From Piromyces finnis finn (lineage: Eukaryota > Fungi > Neocallimastigomycota): a DNA stretch of 64,000 nt. The first letter of the stretch is position 1. Every line of letters begins with the position of its first letter. The stretch covers positions 1 to 64,000 of the forward strand of contig MCFH01000073.1 in assembly GCA_002104945.1 (NCBI GenBank), given 5' to 3'. The notes beneath the pieces are model-generated. The model was not told where the DNA came from and ran no database searches. It worked only from the letters and a program-made list of their open reading frames with translations. This document shows positions 53,591-64,000 of the stretch, piece by piece. Both the position numbers and the translations under genes were made by a program.

Positions 53591-56149
53591 ATCTGGTTAA
53601 AACTCAATAAAATGATTTTTAATAAAATAAAAATTTTTTTGAAAAATTTAGAAAAAAGTAAGAGTTTAAATACTTTTTTTTTTTCTCGATTATATAAATA
53701 TATTATTTTAAATGATTATATTAATAAATGGTATTTTTGTGAAAATAAAATTAAAATACTATGAACCACAAACTTAAAATTATATTTTCTAAATTTTATT
53801 TCTTCAATGTTATGTTAATAAATAAAATGATAAAATGAAAATTTTTATGAACCACAAACTTTAAAAATTTTATAACATTAACCACATTATAACTAAACTT
53901 AAATTAATGTAATGTATATAAAGTATAATGTAAATTTAATAATAATGTAAATGTATGATCCATATAATTTTTACATTATAATTTATATCGTTTGTTTTTT
54001 TTAACTCTTCCATATGCCCTCATCTAACCCCTGAGTTATATATGGTATATGAATGTACATTATTGTACATTGTCATATCAGGCACAATCTTAGAAGGCTA
54101 ATATGGAAGTTTTTTTTTTAATTTTTTATTTTTAAATTAAAAGGGTTAGAAAATATATAAAAAATGCAAATGTTAAAGGGTTAAAAAAAAAAGAAGTTAG
54201 GTTATATTTATATTATGAAGAATTATAAAAAAAAACATAAAACATAGAATATAATAGCATTATTATAATTAAAAATAATTTTGATAATAAAAATAACTAA
54301 TATTTAATTCAAGTTAATAAAATTAAAAAGCTTTATTTATTATATGAATTCAATTATTTTATTTTATATTTTTTTGATTATCTATTCTGAAAAATGTTAA
54401 TGTAAAATATTTTTAAAAATAAAGTTCAAGTATAAAAGAAAGTTTTTTTTTTATCTTTTTCAAATTATTGTTGTTAAAGAAGATCTATTATAGTTTTTTT
54501 TTTTTTTTTTTTTTTTTTTTGAATTGATTTATTAAATCTTAAATTTTTAATCTTAAATATTTTAATATTAAACAATTTCTTTTATGAGTTTTTTCATTAA
54601 AATCCCAATTAATAAATGCAAAGATTATTAAATTATAAAAAAAACTTTAGAGTTAATATATTTTATATTTTATATCTTATTACTTTTGATATTTTTAATT
54701 TGAAAATAATACAAAACTATAATTAGTTTTTTTAAAGAAAATAACTATTACTTTCAAGTTTTTATTTTTTGTGCTTTTTTTTTTTTTTTTTAATAATTAT
54801 TTTAGTTATTTCTCAGTATAAATAATAATTTTAACTTTATTAATTCTTATTATTGATTTGAACTTTATTAGGAAAACAGTTATCAATACTAATAAAAATA
54901 TATTAAATTTTAATTTTTATAGTTACTTTATTTTTAATTAACTAATACATGTAAAAAATATGTATTATTTAATCAAGCAAATTGAACAAATATATATATC
55001 AGTTAATAATTAATCTAATTTATAATATTTTATTAACTGTTTTTTAAAAGATATAAAGAATTAGTATTTTTCTTTTCTCTGTTTTAATTTTTATGTACAA
55101 TATTTATTTTTAAAATAACTTTTTTAAGTCTTTATTTATTTAATAATAATAATAATAATATAAATGATATAATATATTTGATAACTATACAATTAAGAAT
55201 AATTAAGATTTCAACTATAATCTTTACAAAAAATCAAAATTGAATTCAATTCATTCTATTTTATATCCTTTGTTAAGATTATTAAATGAATAAGAATAGA
55301 GATAAATTATTACATGTAATATATTAATAATATAATATAATAAATTATAAAAGTGTTTGTTTGTTTGTCATGACATGAAATAAAATAAAAATATGATTAA
55401 TTATTTAAACATTTGATTATAATTAATAGTTGTAAAAACTATTCAATTAATAATTCATCATTGTTAATTGATAATAACATATTTGTTATAACTAAATAAT
55501 TATTATTTTAAAATTATTTTTTAACAATAAAACTTGCCGTTAACCTAATTTATAATAATTAAAATTATTTCATTTATGTCTAATAACTGTTACACCTAAA
55601 TGGTTTATTTCTGTTTTTTAGTAACAGTCATTTTCATTAATTAAATTAAGATAACTAAAATGCTTATTGATATATTTTTAATTTTTATAAAGTCATAAGA
55701 AATGTTTATGATCCATACTTGATATCATATTGATTTTGATTTACCTATTAAAAAACTTTAAATGATCATATCTTTTTTAAATGACCAGTTAGAAGGACCG
55801 CGATTGTACCAAAATGTGACTTTTCCACTAAGCTTTCTAATAAACTTGGTTTTATTTTTGTGAGATACACCCTATCTTGTGTTTGTTTATTTTTGTTAAG
55901 AGTTGTAGTGTATTGACATTAAATTTTTTAAGTCGTAACCCTTTCACTGAATCAAATATCAAAAGGTGATTTTTAAAGGTGTTTTAAAATAATTATTGAA
56001 ATTATTTAATTATAATTTTTATGTTTAATTCATTATAGGTATTATCTGAATTTGTTATAAATCTAGTTAATATCTTCATATTGTATTTATTTAGTTAGTA
56101 GTTTTTATTATATTTTTGTATGGGTAGTATATAATTTAAATTTCAATAA

Positions 56150-56242
56150 GCTCGTGTAGCCTAGAGGTTTAAGGCGTCGTGCTTATAAGGGTGATCCTCT
56201 TATGCAACGCGAAGATCGCGGGTTCGACCCCCGCCATGAGCA
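56150..56242 (+). tRNA. tRNA-Ile (anticodon UAU) with a 19-nt intron (about 56188-56206)
   Basis: Acceptor GCTCGTG/CATGAGC, D arm GCCT/AGGC, anticodon arm TCGTG-CTTATA^A-CGCGA, T arm GCGGG-TTCGACC-CCCGC; resembles fungal tRNA-Ile(UAU). Confidence 0.92.
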
Positions 56243-56372
56243 AGATATTAAATTTTAATTTTTTTTTAAAAAAGTATCTATCTTAAAAAAGTTGATATTC
56301 ATATATGTAAAATTGAATAATAATTATTAAAGTTCAAAAACAATTATATAACAACAACAACAACAACAACAA

Positions 56373-56408
<36 letters not shown>

Positions 56409-56569
56409 AAAAAATGAAAAATACTTTATATAGATATTATGAATTTAATAAGTTAATTTTATTTTGATTTTAGGTTATTCATTATTATATTATGAATAAA
56501 AGTACTTTTTGTATTTTTTCATAAATATAAAATTTTCTATTCAATATTATTTACATAGATATGTTTTGT

Positions 56570-57492
56570 TTAATTATAAAACATTTCAAAAGCTTGTTGA
56601 CATATTTTCATTTTTTCATCCATATTTTCTTTTGATGAAAGTTCTCTAATTTTTGGTGTTAATTGAATAATTTCATTCTTTAATTTTAATTGTAAGGAAT
56701 AGATTACCTATACCATCATCATATTTATGAGATATAAATATAAATATATTAGTTATTTACTTATTCTAATAAAATAAAATAAAATATTTATATTAAGAAA
56801 TATTTATATATTATACTTTTGGTATTAAATTTATTTGGGATATATCAGTAATAGATTTTTGTAATAAATTTATACTATTAATAGAGGTAAGACTATAGAA
56901 GTTTTTTTTATTATTTTTTATAGTAATATAATATATTAACATTAATATAAATTGCTAAAAGAAGTAATTTACTAATCAAAATACTATTTTATACTTACAT
57001 TTCATCTAAGTTATCTTTATATTCATTAAGATATGCATTTTCATCTAATTTATTATTTAATAGTTGATTCTTATACTTTAATATTCTACTTAAGATTTTT
57101 TCACTTTTAAGTGTAATTTTTGAATCTTGAACATCATTATTATTACTGTTATTATTATTATTATTATTATCAGCATTATTTATTGAATTTGTAACCAAGT
57201 CAAGATATTTTAATAATTCATTAGATATAATAACTTGATTCGTATTAACATTACTTTCAATCAAATCCTAAAAAAAAAAAAAAGAAAATTAATCTTATAT
57301 ATAAATGATTAGTAAAATATTATTACTTTGGAATGTACCCTTCTTATAAATGATCCTTTATACAATTTATCTATTTCAACAATAAAGGAATCAATTATTT
57401 GATATAATTGCTGAACTATTTGCTTTTCATAATTACAACATGCCAATAAAAATTGCTTTCTTGAGAATTGATTATTAAGAATGGATGAAAAC

Positions 57493-57526
<34 letters not shown>

Positions 57527-58134
57527 TTAATAAATAAATTATTAATAACTTTGAATGATTACAAAAAAAAAAAAAAAAAAAAACAAAAAAAAAACAAACA
57601 AACAAACAAACAAACAAAAAAACATTAATTAGATGATTATTCTAAATATATACTTTAGTCATAGTTCCAATCAGATATTTTTGTCTTTCAAATTTCATGG
57701 CATAATCGTTTTCAAGGACAGGTCCGCATATTGAAAGAAAGGACATTTCTTTCCATTTTGGGTATAATACTTCGTTAATTGATAATAATATTAAACTCTT
57801 TTTAGAATCAATTGTATTTTGAATTTCGTTTATTTCGTATCTATTAATATATTATTTGATATATTTAATATTGTTATTATTATTTTTTTTTAAGTAAACA
57901 CCTTTAATATTCTTTTTACACTTTTATTATATTCCTTTATACTTACTTTAATTGAACAGCTGACTGGGTTACTAAATGCGTTGAATTTTCATATTCTAAT
58001 AATAGTTTTTTCTTATTTTCTAATTGTTTATATTTCATTAGTGCATCAAAATATGATTTTTGAGATTCAATATAACTACATTTAGTATTTTTTAGTTTAT
58101 CATTTTTTTATTATTTAAGTAGGTTAGTATATTG

Positions 58135-58179
<45 letters not shown>

Positions 58180-58565
58180 AAAATATTTGATATATATATT
58201 TAAATAAGGATAAATATATATTGAAAAAAAAAAAAATACTTACACTGACGATAGCCTTTTCATTTCATATTTAATTTCTTCATTATCAATATCTAGTTGT
58301 TTATTCTTGTTTAAATTATTTTCATCATTATTTGTAAACTATAAATAAAATATTATACAAAAAAAATATAATAGTCAACATTTAATATTATATATATATA
58401 TATATTATTATTATATTATTTTAAATTTATATTACTGGTGATATAAACATATCGTTATAATCATTTAACATTTTATCATATATATTTTCTTGTGTAATAT
58501 ATTTAGTAAAATCAGATAGGCATTGATATATATAACTTTGATTTGTACTAAATCCTAAGATAACG

Positions 58566-58596
<31 letters not shown>

Positions 58597-59844
58597 ATAT
58601 ATGGATAAACTAAAACTTATAAATATAATAGAAGTAAAAAAATATCTATTTGAAATATACCTTCAATATTTGTAATTTCATTATTTAATATTAATTCTTT
58701 ACTTGAAGAAATTCCCTCTCGAATAATAGAATCCATCTTTTAAAACATATATACAGATATATATGTTTTTTTTTTTTTAAAAAAAGAAAAGAAAAAAAAT
58801 CAATATAAAATATATGACATTAATATATACATATAATAATACTATTTTCTGCTTACAAACGAAATTAATTTAGTAATTTTAAGATCATTATCACTTGTTT
58901 TATTCTCTAACATTGAATTGGATATTTTTATTTTTTGGATTTCTGTTTTTTGATTATTTAAAGTTTCACTAATGATTTTTTTTTTATATTTTAAAAAGTT
59001 ATTAACTTTATATATATATATATAATTAATACTATTTTTGTTAAATAAATTACTTCATATGGGTATATTGTCTTTCTAATAAATTAAAATCATCCTCTAA
59101 ATCTTCAAATTCATTCATCAATGATTCCAATTCCTTTGTTAAACTAATTATAAAAATTTAATTAATTAAACAATAAAGAGCAATGATATAAACACATAAC
59201 ATTTAATATATACTCTTCTATGGTTTCGTCATCTTCATCAGTACTAATTTCAGGCTTTATAATAAATATTATATATAGATATTATATATGGGAAAATTAT
59301 TATTGTTGTATTTTAATTTGAAGAAAATGCCGGATTTCTATATCATTTGAATTTATTCCAATTATTTTCATTTATTAAAAAAAAAAAAAAAAATTACTAT
59401 ATCAGCCAAATAAATAGAATTATTCTTATTTATTTCTTCATATCTAAATTTATATATAATATATAATACATATAATAATATTATTATATAATTTATGTAA
59501 ATTGCGAATTATATAAATTATATAAATTAGTTATAATATATTAATATTTACGCTTTGTATTCTAATTCAGTTAATACATCAAGTTTATTTGGGAAAATTT
59601 TCAAATCAATGTTTCTATCTCTTTTTGATAAACCAATTTCTAAGGTATTAACCAACCAATTCATAAAATCTTTAGTTGAATTAATACTAAATGCCCATTC
59701 CATTGTACTCAAAAGTGAGGTTTTTTCATCAGATCTCCACTCTGTTTTTTGTTGTTGTTGTTTTATTGAATAACCAATATCCTCTAATATATCAACCAAT
59801 TTCTCATATTGATATTTTTCAACTTTTAAATTATTTAGATTCAT
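56570..59844 (-). CDS. Multi-exon coiled-coil protein, probably augmin subunit HAUS3-like
   Basis: Exon 1 (LVDILEDIGY...MEWAF...FMNWLV...VLTELE) resembles the HAUS3 N-terminus; many short GT-AG exons; last exon ends ...QQAFEMFYN*. Internal exons not fully resolved. Confidence 0.5.
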
Positions 59845-60261
59845 TTTGAATTTTTTTCATTAATTTAATACTATTTTTTTTTTATTTTCAAAATTCATTA
59901 ATTGTTTTATGATAGTAATTTTGTTATTAAATTTAATATTTTATTTCGGTAATTTCTATTTTATCATTATACTAAAATAATTATATATTCATTATTGGTA
60001 TTGCATGTATTATGTATTTATAAAATAATAGGCAATACTTTTGGTTAAAATATTTTTTAAAATATTATAGTTAAAAAATGTCTATATTAAATTAATTATA
60101 AAATACGATTGGTAGAATATAAGAATTATAATTTATGATAATAATATTAAAAATCTCAAATTTTTTTAAGTGTTTTTTTTTTAATATTCTTATTCATTTT
60201 TTTAAAAAATAAAATTTATATATTACACATTTCAAATAATTTAAAAATTTAAATTTCAAAG

Positions 60262-62257
60262 ATGAATTTGAAAGAAGATAAAATAATTGTAATAGAAGTA
60301 GGATCATATATAACAAAATTCGGAAAGGCTGACCCTTTAAATAAACCACAACAAGTATACATCAAATTATATATTTAATTTTTATATTTTTATTAATTAT
60401 TAATTTGATTATCTTAAATATAATACTATAAAAAATATAATATTAATGTTCGGTCTAAATAATTCTTTATAATTAATAGCAAGTATATTCAAAAATAGGA
60501 AAGAATAGTGAATATAAAAAAGATGATAAAAAAGAACAAGAGGATAAAATGGAAATCTCAGAACAAAAGATAGCTAATTCAAATAATAATACAAAAGATG
60601 ATATATTAGAAAAAAATGATGAAAATAACAATAAAATGAATATTGATATTGAAAATAACAATGTTCCTGTAAACGAAAAGACTTTATCAAACAATGTAGA
60701 ACAAAATGAAATAAATAATAGCAATAAAAATGAAATAGAAATAAATTGGTTATTCAAAAATCAAAAAATTAATAATTGGGAAGATGCAGAAATGTTCTGG
60801 TATATAAAATAAAAAATCATTTACATATTAATATTTTTTTTATAATTGAAAACAGAAAACTAATATTAATAATTATAATAATAAAGGAAATATATTTTAG
60901 TAAAAAAATTACAAATTGATTTAAAGGATAATATATCACCTGTTTTAATTTCTATTCCAATTGAATGGCCAAAGCACTATCGTGAAAACATTGCAAAAAT
61001 AATGTTTGAAAAATGTAATTTACCAGCATTATATATATCTGAACAACCCTTAATGTCATTATATGCAGTTGGATATACTTCAGGAATAGTAATAGATTTT
61101 GGATATGAAAGGACAAGTAATTAAATATTGATAATATTTATATATATTAAAAAGAAAAATATACAGATTTATATAATGGGTTACATATATTAATAAGAAA
61201 GCATTTTATTAAAAAATTATTATATAAAAAAGGGGTTGTACCAATTTTAGATAATATTATAAATACAAGAGCTTCTCAATCATTACCTATTGGTAGTCAA
61301 GACATTGATAAATATCTATTAAAACTTGTTAAGGAAAATAAAGATATTTGTTCAAAATTAGATTCAATTGCAGAAAATGAAATGATAAAGGATAGAGATG
61401 AATTATATAACGAATTTTGTAAATCACTAAAAGAATCAGGATTATGTGAACTTGATATTGTTCCTGTTAAAAATGCTGAAGAAGTTGACTTCATATTTAA
61501 AAATGAAACAGTAAATATAAAATAAAAAAGACAATAATTATACCAGTATTGACTATGATGAATAATAAAATCTAATTAAAATTCTTAAATATCTATATAA
61601 TTTACAATTTTTAGTTTAAAATTGGAGATATAAGGTTTGAATGCTTTGAACCATTATTTAATCCATTACTTGTTGGAAAACGTATTCAAAATGTAGTTGA
61701 AGCATTTGAAACTGCTATTAGATTATGTGATTTAAAAGATAGAACCGTTCTTGCTAGTTCATTTGTATTAACTGGTGGATGTTCAGTTGTAAAAGGTATA
61801 ATAAATAAATGAATAAATAAATGAATAAATAAATAATTATTAATAAAATATTCCCTAATCATATCCATTATATTTTATAATAATACAATAAAAACAAAAA
61901 TTAATGATACAAAGGTTTACAAAAAAGATTAGAACATGAAATTGAATCAGTAATTTCATTATCTGAAACCTCAAATGAAATGCAAATAAAAGAAATAAAA
62001 TTTTTAAAAATCCCTGAATACTTTACAAAAATGAAAGATAGATATCAAGATTTAGGATTCATGGGTGCTAGTATCGTAGCAAAGGTAATAAATTAAAAAT
62101 ATATATATATATTAAATAAACTTTCATTTAATTTATATATACATATTAAATTTCTTAATATATAAATAAATAATAGCTCGTTTTCATGGATCAAAAGTTT
62201 TATATAAGTAGAGATAATTACAATGAAAGTGGACCAACAATTGTAAACCTTAAATAA
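60262..62257 (+). CDS. Multi-exon nuclear actin-related protein, Arp9-like
   Basis: IVIEVGSYITKFG, NWEDAEMFW, IMFEKCNLPALYI, GIVIDFGYE, VVLTGGCSVVKG, KIPEYF, FMGASIVAK, YNESGP. Actin fold is clear; the Arp9 subfamily is inferred from KIPEYF and divergence. Confidence 0.8.
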
Positions 62258-62643
62258 TTTTTAATTTTTTCATTTTTATAGTCTAATATTTTTTTTAATA
62301 AAATTGTATATTAACATTATCAATAAAATTTACCTAAATATTTATAAATATAATTTATTTATTATAATTTCTTTTAATAGTTTTTAATTTTTTACTTATC
62401 ACTAAAAAACAATAACAAAAGCAAAAAAAATATTATTGAAATAGAAATTGAAAAAAAGGGAAAAAATAATATATATTTATAGGCGTTTAAAAGTTTATTT
62501 ATTCTTTATATATCGTGTATAATACATTTTAATGAATTACTTTATATTAATTACATTAATTTGATTATATATTTTATTTATTATTATTACAATATAAAAT
62601 ATATATTGTTATTTCTTTTTTTCTTTTCTTTTCTTTTCTTTTC

Positions 62644-62679
<36 letters not shown>

Positions 62680-62852
62680 TTTTTTTTTTTTCATTTTTCT
62701 TTCTTTATATAGTTATTTACTTTTAAGATACTGTTACTATTACTATTATTATATTATTATTATTATTATTTATTATTAATTTTTTTCTTTTTATTTATTT
62801 ATTTTTTTTAAGTTTTTGTTAAATATGATGATTATAGATATATACTAATAGA

Positions 62853-63915
62853 TTAATTTAATTTAAACCCAATTTGAACATGCTGTGGTTTTAATACTTG
62901 TTTAACGACAGAATTATTATCTGTTGAATATGTACTAATCAATGATATGGTTTTTTCATCCCTTTCTTCTTGCTTAAGTTTTGATATATCAATCAATCCT
63001 TCAGTAGATTGAGTAATTTGTTGGTTATTATTTAATGATTTTTGTGATGTTACATTCAATGAACTCTTTAAATATTCTTCTATTGATAATATAGTTTCTC
63101 TTGAAAACTCAATATCTTCAAATAAATCATATACAAATCTTCTTGCTGTAATTCTGTAATGATATGTACTCATAATTATATAAGCACCAACCAATAATTT
63201 GACAGAATTAAAATATTCTGGTTTTTCCATCTTAATTCTAAATTTTAAAATAAAATATTTTGTTAATTCATATTATTTTTCTTTTAAAATATAAAAATTA
63301 ATATTTACTTTGCTAAAGCCTTTGATGATGCATTTGAAAGAATATGATTACTCAAATTTCCTATATTTTTAATAATCTTTAATTCTGTATCATCAAATAT
63401 TTTCTTTTGTATATTAATATCGTAAATAAAATCATTATTTATTATTGAGCCATAAAATTCCCATTTTGGAATCTATATTTTATTTTATTAATAAATATCA
63501 TTAAAAAATTTAATATTTTTAAATGCATTTATAAGATTTTTGAATTTATATATTATTTATATTATTTCAGTACCTTCAAAAATCTGGATGATTCACAAGG
63601 AATACAATAACTAACTACTTGATTATATGGTAAAAAAGGTGTTTCCCAACCACATTCCTTTAAAATTATGCATCCCTTTGATGTATTTGCAATTAATCCA
63701 AGAATAAAGAAACACGTTCTAAAATATTATCCATATTTTATTATAATTAATATAAATATACCACATTAATATTTAAAATATAAAATATTAAAAATATATT
63801 ATTACCCTTTAATAGATAAAATTGTTGAATTTTCAGCCAACTTAATAATATGCTTAATAATTCCTTCTTCAATTAAAAATGATATTCCATTCTTTGTTGA
63901 ACCAATATGACCCTA
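62853..63915 (-). CDS. AVO3: 3' exons of a RICTOR/Avo3-like TORC2 subunit (gene continues beyond the window)
   Basis: GHIGSTKNGISFL, TCFFILGLIA, GW, and YHYRITARRFVYDLF match RICTOR C-terminal conserved blocks. Confidence 0.75.
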
Positions 63916-64000
63916 TTATAGAATATATTAATGATATAATATTTATTTATATATATATATTTTTAATTAATTATTTATTTTATTATAATAATTTTCTATA

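Overview
Extremely AT-rich eukaryotic DNA. Spliceosomal introns with A/T tracts, fungal-type biosynthetic genes and a presequence-less ILV5 point to an anaerobic gut fungus (Neocallimastigomycota); this is inferred, not proven. Host genes sit at the two ends: a secreted acidic protein and a 4-exon homocitrate synthase on the left; intron-containing tRNA-Ile(UAU), HAUS3-like, ARP9-like and the 3' end of RICTOR/AVO3 on the right. Between them lies about 40 kb of repeats and relics: three solo-LTR families with readable target-site duplications (TSDs), two decayed Ty3/gypsy chromovirus-type elements, a 5'-truncated LINE with an intact RT frame, an ILV5 pseudogene, a virus-like PolB relic and a 10.5-kb array of 287-bp repeats. 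The most unusual object is at 22321-26868. It is an apparently recent retroelement with an uninterrupted Ty3-type RT-RNase H ORF that ends in a coiled coil and has no recognisable gag, protease, integrase or tyrosine recombinase. It carries 403-bp direct terminal repeats that are not TG..CA LTRs and that overlap the ORF stop. It is flanked by a roughly 20-bp target duplication with junction microhomologies and one extra G. All alignments, TSDs and splice sites were read by eye; no database searches were run.
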